A DNA stretch of 59,245 nucleotides from Planctomycetota bacterium (lineage in GTDB: Bacteria > Planctomycetota > Phycisphaerae > Phycisphaerales > SM1A02), in assembly GCA_036339395.1 (NCBI GenBank), contig JAYZBD010000099.1:1-59245 (forward strand), written 5' to 3'. Every line of letters begins with the position of its first letter. Position 1 is the stretch's first letter. The notes beneath the pieces are model-generated. The model did not search any database. It saw nothing but the letters and a program-made list of their open reading frames with translations, and was not told the origin of the DNA. This document shows, one piece after another, positions 1 through 8,717 of this stretch. The position numbers and the translations under genes were made by a program.

Positions 1-216
1 GCGGGAGCCTGGATTCGGCGGGAGGTCTCCTCGAAAGTGAATCTCCGACGGATGCCACGCCTTCGATTCAAACTCGACGGAACATTGAAGAAGCAGGCCG
101 AGGTACTGAGTGCCATCACCGAGGGTCTCCGCCGTGACGAATCGCAGCGTGACTTGCATTCGACACATGGAACAGACCCGGATGAACACCAGGGAGCCCA
201 GGAGCAGACGACGTGA
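1..216 (+). CDS. 3' end of an upstream CDS cut by the window edge (hypothetical protein)
   Basis: Frame 1 is open from nt 1 to TGA at 214-216 (...LKKQAEVLSAITEGLRRDESQRDL...QEQTT*). The stop overlaps the GTG start of the next gene (GTGA). No recognisable motif. Confidence 0.35.
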   Translation, partial: AGAWIRREVSSKVNLRRMPRLRFKLDGTLKKQAEVLSAITEGLRRDESQRDLHSTHGTDPDEHQGAQEQTT

Positions 217-1271
217 AGAACTCGACGCAGTATGCCAAGAAGATGACCTCTCTCCTTCGAAAGTTGTCTCCAGGGAAACCCCGGCGGGAACCTGAGCGAG
301 AGGATCCAATCGGAGTCCTCGTCTATTCCTTCATGCTCTGGGAATCTACAAGCGCGAAGGCTTCCGCCACCTGGTCGAAGCTGCAGGAGGGGCTCGTCGA
401 CTACAACGAACTTCGCGTCTGCACGCCGGATGAACTCATGGTCCTTTCCGGAGACACCAGTGACGAAGCACATGATCGAGCGACCCGACTGCGTGCGTCG
501 ATGCGAGACATCTATAACCGTGAGCATGGTATTTCTCTTGACAGCCTGGGAGACATGAAGCGTTCCGAAATACGGATATACGTGGAATCGCTTGACGGCA
601 TCGTTCCCTTCGTCGCCGCCCGCCTGCTCAGTTGCTGCTTTGATATTCATGGCGTACCGGTCGATGAACAGTTGAAGCAGTTGCTGGTGGAATCGAATGC
701 CATTGATCCAGCCGCAGAAGTGGATGAGATATCCGGCTGGCTGAGCCGGAACATCAAGGCTGATGATGGTGCTGGAGCCCATCGCTCATTCCAGGCGTGG
801 GTAGACCAGGAGTCACGTCGACTCAAGCAGGCAGCAGATCGCGGAAGCATCTCGGATGCTCGTGAACGCGATGAACGGATCAAGTTGCGCCGGAACGAGA
901 GAACCTCTTCCGCTAAGGTTCGCCGCATCGAACGAGAGGAAGCAGCTGCTCGAAGACTTGCGAAGGCCGAAGCATCCGCTCGACGCAGCGAGGCTCGTGA
1001 GGAGTCGGCAATCAACGCGTTGCAGTCGAAATCATCGAAGGCGGCCCCGAAGAAGAAGGCTGCTGTGAAGAAGAAGGCTGCTGTGAAGAAGAAGGCAGCC
1101 CCGAAGAAGAAGGCAGCCCCGAAGAAGAAGGCAGCTGCGAAGAAGAAGGCAGCCCCGAAGAAGAAGGCAGCTGCGAAGAAGAAGGCAGCCCCGAAGAAGA
1201 AGGCAGCCTCGAAGAAGAAGAAGAAGAAGGCTGCGAAGAAGAAAGCACCCGGGAAAAGACGTAGGAAGTGA
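213..1271 (+). CDS. DNA-binding protein: endonuclease-III-like helix-hairpin-helix fold N-domain fused to a histone H1-like Lys/Ala/Pro-rich C-terminal tail
   Basis: 352-aa ORF with a GTG start at 213 coupled to the upstream stop (alternative ATG at 243). The N-domain pattern LDGIVPFVAARLLSCCFDIHGVPVDEQL resembles the Nth LPGVGxKTAxxVL...PVDxHV segment. The last ~90 aa are KKKAA(V/P/A) repeats, as in Hc1/AlgP/H1-type tails. Confidence 0.75.
   Translation: MKNSTQYAKKMTSLLRKLSPGKPRREPEREDPIGVLVYSFMLWESTSAKASATWSKLQEGLVDYNELRVCTPDELMVLSGDTSDEAHDRATRLRASMRDIYNREHGISLDSLGDMKRSEIRIYVESLDGIVPFVAARLLSCCFDIHGVPVDEQLKQLLVESNAIDPAAEVDEISGWLSRNIKADDGAGAHRSFQAWVDQESRRLKQAADRGSISDARERDERIKLRRNERTSSAKVRRIEREEAAARRLAKAEASARRSEAREESAINALQSKSSKAAPKKKAAVKKKAAVKKKAAPKKKAAPKKKAAAKKKAAPKKKAAAKKKAAPKKKAASKKKKKKAAKKKAPGKRRRK
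1041..1250. repeat. Coding tandem repeat, ~18-nt unit (gaagaagaaggcagcccc variants), encoding (AAPKKK)n
   Basis: About 10 consecutive near-identical 18-nt units read directly in the sequence. They also generate the mirror FFFGAA ORFs on the minus strand. Confidence 0.85.
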
Positions 1272-2842
1272 TGCAGATCATGATGACAAGGCACCTGGTT
1301 CTGTCAGTGCGTGCCACTGTCATTGCGGTCGCCTGTTGTCAAACTGCAAAAGCCTCACTTGAAGAACCCTACCGTGTCCCTGCTGAATTGCTTGGCGAGA
1401 CATGGGAGTTCTTCACGGAACTCCACGAGCAGAAGCCTGGAATGGGTGAACCAGTTCCAGGCAGTCTTCGCCGCCGAAGTGCGACTGCCTACATCCTCGG
1501 CCGTGAAGCGGCAGCCATCGAACAGTATCGAGCTGCAGAGCAGTTCTGGCGTGAAGCAGTTCAATTGGATCCGTCCAACAGGGCTGCTTGGGAAGAGCTG
1601 GGCGATCTGCTGGTTGAGACCAGGCGACATCGTTCCGGGGTCAAGGCCTGGAGCAACGCTCTTGCTGATCCTTCTGCGATCGATCATGAGTTGCTGTTGA
1701 AGTGCGGCTTGATGGAACTCATGCTTGAGAAGCATGTCGACGCGGCCGGTCATCTCATGAGGTGTCGCATGCTCCAATCGGATCCCATGCCAGCATCACG
1801 GGATGTGCTCATCCAGGATGTTGCCTTGATCCATGTTCTCCGGGAGTTGGGCAATGTAGAGCTTGCGGATTCGCTGGAACAGGAGCGAGCCAGCTTGCTG
1901 GAGGAGTTGTCGTCAACAGGTCTCGCCGACCTGGAATCAGGCCGTCACTGGATGTCCCTTGTCGAAGAACTCTTTGCAATCGGTGATCTTGAGACCGCTC
2001 GCGATGCCTCGAAGATGCTGCTCATGCGTCAAACACCGGAAGGAGAGCATGCCGCCTACATGGCGGCCAATTTCAAGATGCGGTTCGTTCTGCTTGCCGC
2101 CCTGACCGGGGGTGGAGGCGATGATGTCATTGAACTCGTCAATTCGCTCCAGGAACGGGATCTGCTTCGTGGAATGCCACCGGACTGGCACAAGCCGATC
2201 GGCCTTGCCGAGGCCCTGTACGAAGCTGGATCCGATTTCGCGACTCTCAACAACAAGGAAGGGGCAATCAGGCTGTTCTCCGAGGCTCTTGTTCATGATC
2301 CGACACATGTCCTCGCCCGGAACAACCTTGGATACTCTGCACTTGAGGAAGGCCCGATCACTCCCAGGGACGTCCAGATGATCGAGTCGGTTGAACTGGA
2401 TGCGCGCAGATCCGGTGATTCCCTGGCCGAGGTACTTGATACGGTCGGATGGCTTCGGTACATGCAGAATCGTCTCGAGGATGATGAACGTGGTCCGGGC
2501 GCAATCAGTCTTCTGTCTGAATCGATCAGCTTGCAGGAGACGGGCGATCCGATCGTGCTGGATCACTTCGGGGATGCAGCGTGGGAAGCTGGCAGGCGTG
2601 AAGAAGCGGTCAGGGCCTGGTCGACGGCACATGGAAGACTCACCCACCCGGCCTTTCGTGGTCAAAAGTTGCGGAACTTCAACCTGCTCCAAGGAGGGCT
2701 TTGGCAGTTTCGAGTTGTTGACTCGGAGTCGATGTATGATCGGGAGTACGGAGTGCTCGTCGAGAAATTGGCTGCAAAGATTGCGGCCGTACGCGAAGGA
2801 CAGTCCCCCCCGGTAACGATTCGGCGTACCTTCACCGACTGA
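1268..2842 (+). CDS. Secreted or lipoprotein TPR-repeat protein
   Basis: 524-aa ORF. Its GTG/ATG start (1268/1271) overlaps the previous stop. It has an N-terminal signal-like segment (VIAVACCQTAKA). Repeated A/W/Y-rich helical pairs (EQYRAAEQFWREAVQLDPSNRAAWEELGDLL etc.) are typical of TPR. Confidence 0.8.
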   Translation: MMQIMMTRHLVLSVRATVIAVACCQTAKASLEEPYRVPAELLGETWEFFTELHEQKPGMGEPVPGSLRRRSATAYILGREAAAIEQYRAAEQFWREAVQLDPSNRAAWEELGDLLVETRRHRSGVKAWSNALADPSAIDHELLLKCGLMELMLEKHVDAAGHLMRCRMLQSDPMPASRDVLIQDVALIHVLRELGNVELADSLEQERASLLEELSSTGLADLESGRHWMSLVEELFAIGDLETARDASKMLLMRQTPEGEHAAYMAANFKMRFVLLAALTGGGGDDVIELVNSLQERDLLRGMPPDWHKPIGLAEALYEAGSDFATLNNKEGAIRLFSEALVHDPTHVLARNNLGYSALEEGPITPRDVQMIESVELDARRSGDSLAEVLDTVGWLRYMQNRLEDDERGPGAISLLSESISLQETGDPIVLDHFGDAAWEAGRREEAVRAWSTAHGRLTHPAFRGQKLRNFNLLQGGLWQFRVVDSESMYDREYGVLVEKLAAKIAAVREGQSPPVTIRRTFTD

Positions 2843-2863
2843 GCACAGGGAGCGTTCAATTAC

Positions 2864-3607
2864 ATGGCCGGTCACAGCAAATGGGCGAACATCAAGCACC
2901 GAAAGGCGCGCCAGGATGCCGTGAAGGGCAAGGCCTGGTCGAAATGCAGTCGCGCCATCATGGCGGCCGTCAGGCAGGGTGGACCAGATCCCGAGACGAA
3001 CCTGAAACTTCGATACTCGATCGAGGATGCGAAATCGGTCAACATGCCCAAGGACACGATCAGCAAGGCCATCAAGAAGGCAAGCGGTGAGGGGAGTGAC
3101 GCAGCCAGCTACGAGGAGGTACGGTACGAGGGCTATGGTCCCGGTGGTGTTGCCATCATTGTTGATTGCCTGACCGACAATGTGCAGAGAACGGCACCGG
3201 AGCTTCGCCGCTCCTTCGAGAAGCATGGAGGGAACCTGGCCAAGCAGGGCGCGGTTTCATTCGGGTTCAACTCGAAATCGATCATCCTGATCGAATCTTC
3301 AAAGATCGATGAGGATTCGATCATGGAACTGGCGATGGAAGCCGGGGCCGAGGACATCAGGAACGAGGATGGTGCCTGGGAAGTGACGGGCGACCCTGCT
3401 GATTTCATATTGTTGAAGGAAGGGTTCGAGCATGCGGGACTCGAAGTAGATTCCGCTGAAGTAACGATGATTCCCGGTTCGATGGTGGCCTGTGACGTCG
3501 AGGCAGGGCGGAAGGTACTCCGGCTGATCGATGACCTGGAGGAATCCGATGATGTCCAGAAGGTCTATACCAATGCCGACATTCCAGAAGAATCGATGAA
3601 CGAGTGA
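2864..3607 (+). CDS. yebC: YebC/PmpR family DNA-binding transcriptional regulator
   Basis: MAGHSKWANIKHRKARQDAVKGK... is the canonical YebC N-terminus. Length is 247 aa. Confidence 0.95.
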   Translation: MAGHSKWANIKHRKARQDAVKGKAWSKCSRAIMAAVRQGGPDPETNLKLRYSIEDAKSVNMPKDTISKAIKKASGEGSDAASYEEVRYEGYGPGGVAIIVDCLTDNVQRTAPELRRSFEKHGGNLAKQGAVSFGFNSKSIILIESSKIDEDSIMELAMEAGAEDIRNEDGAWEVTGDPADFILLKEGFEHAGLEVDSAEVTMIPGSMVACDVEAGRKVLRLIDDLEESDDVQKVYTNADIPEESMNE

Positions 3608-4086
3608 GCCTGTGCCTTTCCATTCCCCGGGTTCGAGGGCTGCTGCTTCTGCTGCCTGTGCTGCTCGGGGCCTGCGGCGTTCAATCAACATTTACGGGAG
3701 AGGACCCTGCGCAGCTCTGGCGTGCCATGCAGGCGGTTGCAGAATCTCCGACCTACGACAAGGGCGACATTACGAAACGGTGGACTGTTGTCGAGAACAT
3801 CGTCGAGGTTGACAACGTGGATTGGCGTATCGACATTACCAGGCATCTGAAGCGGCTCCTTCGGCGTCCGGGAGCAAAACCACTCTACGAGGATCTGCAC
3901 TGGCGATTCGAGATTCAGCTTCTTCACGAGAATCCCCCACGGGTTCAGTTCAGTTCCATCGATCCGGCCTTGCCGACGAAGGTGCAATACGAAGGCGACC
4001 GCTACTTTGCAGAGGTCCGATCGATCCTGTCTGGATATCCGCGTCCTGCACGCCTCGAGGATGCGCAGGATCCTCCCACTGATTGA
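3604..4086 (+). CDS. Hypothetical lipoprotein
   Basis: The GTG start overlaps the yebC stop. Signal peptide plus lipobox (LLLLPVLLGAC). No known domain recognised. Confidence 0.6.
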   Translation: MSLCLSIPRVRGLLLLLPVLLGACGVQSTFTGEDPAQLWRAMQAVAESPTYDKGDITKRWTVVENIVEVDNVDWRIDITRHLKRLLRRPGAKPLYEDLHWRFEIQLLHENPPRVQFSSIDPALPTKVQYEGDRYFAEVRSILSGYPRPARLEDAQDPPTD

Positions 4087-4152
4087 AATCAATGCTTGTC
4101 GCTATACTGGATCGTTTCCCCGCAAACCAGAACCAGTTGGAGCCTCTGTACG

Positions 4153-5400
<1,248 letters not shown>

Positions 5401-5419
5401 ACATTCCTGTCGGGCGGTC

Positions 5420-6622
5420 ATGATGATTGCAGGGGCCTTCCTGGTCGCCCTGGTACTGCTCTACTGGCTGGTGCAGGTATCGATGTTGGCACGATGCATG
5501 CATGTCGTTCCGGTACTTGAAGTCCAACCGCGTCCTCCTCGGGAGGATGACGAAACCGTAACCGTTGTTGTTCCGGCCCGGGACGAGGAAGCCGTACTCG
5601 AATCTGCACTGTGTTCTCGACTTCTCGATGGGGACCCGCATCTCCGCTTCATCTTCGTGAACGATCGTTCCAGTGATTCGACTGGATCCATCATGGAGCG
5701 TGTCGCCTCGGGCGATCCGCGAGTCGAGGTCCTGCACGTCGAGCACCTGCCTGCCGGCTGGCTGGGCAAGGTGCATGCAATGCAATCCGGCGTCGAGAAG
5801 TCCTCCTCCGATTGGCTGCTGCTCAGTGATGCTGATGTGCATTTCAAGGCGGGAACGATCCGCAGTGCAGTCGATCTCGCCACTGCAAGGGAAGTTGATC
5901 ACATTGCGCTGATACCGAGCATCAAGTCTCCATCCATCGGTCTTCGGTTCTGCCTTGTTCCATTGCTCAGATCCCTTTCATTCATGGTTCGACTCTGGTC
6001 CGTTCACGACCCCGCCTCGACGGCTGCGATGGGAGTGGGAGCGTTCAACCTGGTTCGCCGTGGAACGTTGGATCATGCTGGCGGCCTGGAATCCCTGAGA
6101 ATGGAGGTCATTGATGACATCGGGGTCGGAACGATCATCAAGCAGCATGGAGGCGCTTCTCTTGTTGCCGCGGGTCGCGAGGGCATTCTCATCTCCTGGT
6201 ACGACCGTTTCGACGAGTTCCTCCGTGGAATCGAACGGGGAACGGCGCACCTGCCCCGGAGGATTCCCAGGATGGTCCCGGTCATCTTGTGCCTGATCCT
6301 CTTCCTGTTCGAAGTTTCACCGTTCCTCTTCCTGCTGGCCTGGCCCTGGTCCCCGGCCCTGGGGTGGATCGGGGCTGCCGTATCAACGGTTGTCGTACTG
6401 CTTTCCATCACCCTGGCGAGATACTTTGGCCTGCCACTTGCAGCGAGTGCGGCAGTTCCCATCGGTGTATCACTCGGTTTGTATGCAGCCGTTCGCTGCA
6501 TCATGAAAGGCGGGCGTGACGGTTCGATCAATTGGCGAGGCACTCGATACAAGGTCAAGGAACTGCAGGCGGGAGAACGTGTCAAATTTCATGCAGATCG
6601 TTTCCGTCCAAGCGGCGAATGA
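5420..6622 (+). CDS. Family 2 glycosyltransferase, membrane-bound
   Basis: VTVVVPARDEE...FVNDRSSDSTG...LLSDADV (GT-A DxD) followed by C-terminal TM helices. The ATG at 5420 avoids overlap with icd. Confidence 0.8.
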   Translation: MMIAGAFLVALVLLYWLVQVSMLARCMHVVPVLEVQPRPPREDDETVTVVVPARDEEAVLESALCSRLLDGDPHLRFIFVNDRSSDSTGSIMERVASGDPRVEVLHVEHLPAGWLGKVHAMQSGVEKSSSDWLLLSDADVHFKAGTIRSAVDLATAREVDHIALIPSIKSPSIGLRFCLVPLLRSLSFMVRLWSVHDPASTAAMGVGAFNLVRRGTLDHAGGLESLRMEVIDDIGVGTIIKQHGGASLVAAGREGILISWYDRFDEFLRGIERGTAHLPRRIPRMVPVILCLILFLFEVSPFLFLLAWPWSPALGWIGAAVSTVVVLLSITLARYFGLPLAASAAVPIGVSLGLYAAVRCIMKGGRDGSINWRGTRYKVKELQAGERVKFHADRFRPSGE

Positions 6623-6624
6623 AA

Positions 6625-6650
6625 CAGCCCCGGGCAGTTGCCCGGGGCTG
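6625..6650. terminator. GC-rich palindromic hairpin between convergent genes (bidirectional terminator candidate)
   Basis: cagccccgggca gt tgcccggggctg is a perfect inverted repeat. It lies between the GT2 stop (6622) and the xer stop (6680). Confidence 0.5.
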
Positions 6651-6679
6651 CATGATTCAACATGTACGTACTGGTCGTA

Positions 6680-7696
6680 TCAGCCGGCTTCGGCTCGCGG
6701 ATGGGCGTGGTCATAGGCGTCACGCATTCGTTGAGTCGTCAGGTGGGTATAGACCTGGGTCGTCGACAGGGACTGGTGTCCGAGCAGTTCCTGGACTGCT
6801 CGAAGATCGGCGCCATTGTCCAGGAGGTGGGTTGCAAATGAATGCCTCAGCGTGTGAGGGCTGATGCTCGGGTCGAGGCCGACCTCTTCGAGGTACTTGC
6901 TGACCTTTCGACGTATCGATCTCGTGGAAATGCGGGTGCCCTGCTTGTTTACGAAGAGAGGCCCGGCGGGGTCGAGTGGATTTCCCGTGGCAGTTCTTCG
7001 CATGGAGAGGCAGTGGCTGGTGGCTGCAATCGCATGGGAACCCAGCGGCACGATCCGTTCCTTCCGCCCTTTGCCCCGAACAACCAGTGCCTGCCCGGCT
7101 TCATCAATGTCACCGATGTTGATGCCGACCAACTCGCTGACGCGGATCCCTGTCGAGTAGAGCGTTTCCAGCATTGCCCGATCGCGAGCACCCAGCTGGG
7201 TGTTCGTATCCGGAGCTGAAAGGAGTTTTTCGACGTCTTCGACACTGATGGCCTTGGGCAGTCGCTTTGCCTGCTTCGGTGTCCGTATCAGGGTCATGGG
7301 GTTGTTTTCAATGACGTTCCTGGTCTCAAGCCACTTGTGGAATGAGCGCAGCGTCGCAATCTTTCGAGCCATGGTTGCGGGAGAGAAGTTCGATTCACTC
7401 AGGTGTGCAAGAAAGCCGCGAATGCGGCCGACATTCACCTGGATGATCGTACTTGTAATCGTCGTAGTTCCGATTGAACCAACGATGTCCGGACGCTGCC
7501 CATTCGACTCGGCGGTCCAGCAGGCGGCTTCAGCGGCATGGTTCACTTCTCCACCGCGTTCCTCGGTAAGAAATTCGACGAATTGACGCAGGTCGACACC
7601 GTAGCATTTTGCGGTGTACGGACTGAAATGCCGTTCATCGAGCAGATAGGTCAGGAAGTCATTGACGATCGGGAGTATCGAGTTATTCGTATTCAT
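6680..7696 (-). CDS. Tyrosine site-specific recombinase, XerC/XerD family
   Basis: C-terminal catalytic motifs HTLRHSFATHLL and LGHQSLSTTQVYTHL. N-terminal SAM-like domain (FLTYLLDERHFSPYTAKCYGVDLRQF). ATG at 7696 chosen. There is a ~35-aa insertion in the N-domain relative to typical Xer. Confidence 0.85.
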   Translation of the reverse strand: MNTNNSILPIVNDFLTYLLDERHFSPYTAKCYGVDLRQFVEFLTEERGGEVNHAAEAACWTAESNGQRPDIVGSIGTTTITSTIIQVNVGRIRGFLAHLSESNFSPATMARKIATLRSFHKWLETRNVIENNPMTLIRTPKQAKRLPKAISVEDVEKLLSAPDTNTQLGARDRAMLETLYSTGIRVSELVGINIGDIDEAGQALVVRGKGRKERIVPLGSHAIAATSHCLSMRRTATGNPLDPAGPLFVNKQGTRISTRSIRRKVSKYLEEVGLDPSISPHTLRHSFATHLLDNGADLRAVQELLGHQSLSTTQVYTHLTTQRMRDAYDHAHPRAEAG

Positions 7697-7730
7697 GTGG
7701 TTGTCCCCGGGAAGGAGTAGTAGGTCGTTG

Positions 7731-7976
7731 TCAACTGTCGTATCCAGCAGTTTCATTCCGGCAGAGAGCCAGGTGGTGCCGCACCATCGCGGCGTCGAAC
7801 CAGTCAAACTCGACGCATAGGTCTGCGGCGAGATCCGAGAGAATGGAAATGAGCACCTGCTCATCGCCATCTTTCCAGCGGAACTGCCAGCAGTGGTCCC
7901 CCTTCATCAACTTCAACTGGTGCTGGGACTGATCTTGCAGTGCACTGGGGTCTGTTCCTGAACCGACGTCGGCCAT
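7731..7976 (-). CDS. Hypothetical small protein (81 aa)
   Basis: ATG-initiated ORF co-oriented with the xer gene and 35 nt upstream of it. No motif recognised. Coding status uncertain. Confidence 0.35.
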   Translation of the reverse strand: MADVGSGTDPSALQDQSQHQLKLMKGDHCWQFRWKDGDEQVLISILSDLAADLCVEFDWFDAAMVRHHLALCRNETAGYDS

Positions 7977-8583
7977 CCTGGATCCTCACTGAAGCGGAGG
8001 TTCCGAGAATGACCTCCGTTTGCTTGGTTGTTCTGCCTGGACCGGCTTCTTGGCTCTTTCAATGGGGGTACTCGGCTTGGTCCTTGCATGTGTTCCGGCA
8101 TCCTGCCTCGTGACATTTCCTGGTATCCACCATGAAAACAAGCGGGGAAGCCTGATCCCTGCACCTTTCCACTCTCCTGATCAATGGCCCATTTCTCCTT
8201 GTATTTCATGCTTGACCCTGCCATGGGGCACGCTCAGCAAACCTACAGGGGGGTGGGCACGATCTTGATATTGATCAATACGAGGGGTCCTGAACGAGTT
8301 TCCGGCTCCGCCAGGAAACTCGTAAATCCCTTCTGTCAACCGACTTCCAGTCAGTTGCCGGAGGCGGAAACACCCGCTTCCATGGCCCTTATCGGACGAA
8401 CTGCCGCCCACCCTTGAGGGGCTGAGGGTTTGCCTCGATGTGGACAATCAACCAGCGTGGCTGCGGGTTTCACCTGATTTCCAGATCTGTAACTCGGGGG
8501 AGAAAGGGTTCGTAGAACATAAAAACCGCCTTTTCAATGCTTCGGGGATCGATTGTGGGCAGCAAAGTCACACTGAGCCGGGG

Positions 8584-8589
8584 TACACT
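8584..8589 (+). promoter_or_regulatory. Candidate -10 box (TACACT) for tRNA-Lys
   Basis: GGGGTACACT lies 11 nt upstream of the tRNA 5' end. The same GTACACT occurs 9 nt upstream of tRNA-Met on the other strand. Confidence 0.3.
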
Positions 8590-8600
8590 GTTCCGTTCGA

Positions 8601-8673
8601 GATCGCGTAGCTCAGTTGGTAGAGCAACCGCCTTTTAAGCGGTAGGTCCTGGGTTCGAGCCCCAGCGTGATCA
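8601..8673 (+). tRNA. tRNA-Lys (anticodon TTT)
   Basis: Hand-folded cloverleaf. Acceptor GATCGCG/CGTGATC, D-arm GCTC/GAGC, anticodon stem ACCGC/GCGGT with loop CTTTTAA, T-arm CTGGG-TTCGAGC-CCCAG, discriminator A. No encoded CCA. Confidence 0.93.
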
Positions 8674-8717
8674 GTCATCGGCCGGGGTCGGCATTGAAGG
8701 GAGAGGGTCGACAATTC

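Noticed and set aside
1041-1250. Tandem repeats checked as a possible CRISPR array or minisatellite (also 30817-30881).
   Set aside because: The units are contiguous without spacers, lie in frame inside CDSs, and encode Lys-rich tails. No CRISPR-like repeat-spacer architecture exists anywhere in the window.
647-1323. Minus-strand ORFs with FFFGAAFFF and SSSGLPSSSQLP repeats.
   Set aside because: They are mirror images of the (AAPKKK)n coding repeat on the plus strand. This is an artefact of the tandem repeat, not independent genes.
1937-3226. 429-aa minus-strand ORF spanning the TPR gene and yebC. Similar long antisense ORFs occur at 36695-37729, 45145-45927, 46126-47223, 51422-52297, 53129-54052 and 55844-56737.
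   Set aside because: Each lies exactly antisense to a gene with unmistakable conserved motifs (yebC, rsmB/ptsN, gyrB, ilvE, mqn, pheT). Their translations are Arg/Pro/Gly-rich low-complexity sequence with no motifs. These are the typical shadow ORFs of high-GC DNA.
7977-8600. oriC hypothesis, based on DnaA-box-like 9-mers GTATCCACC (8123-8131) and TGTGGACAA (8439-8447) plus GATC clustering.
   Set aside because: There are only two imperfect boxes (7/9 and 8/9). There is no AT-rich unwinding element and no dnaA/dnaN nearby. The matches are compatible with chance.
7977-8600. RNase P RNA or tmRNA in the gap, based on GGAAAGG/ACAG..CCCGGCT-like strings and a GGGGCTGA 5'-like string.
   Set aside because: The RNase P-like strings occur in the wrong order for either strand. 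A tmRNA starting at 8417 would run into tRNA-Lys, and no TTCGA-type T-arm/CCA end is present.
6680-8673. Tyrosine recombinase close to tRNA-Lys, considered as the signature of an integrated mobile element.
   Set aside because: The recombinase has XerC/XerD-type motifs rather than phage-integrase features. It lies 900 nt from the tRNA, on the tRNA 5' side. Flanking genes are housekeeping genes with uniform composition. No direct repeat of the tRNA 3' end was seen.
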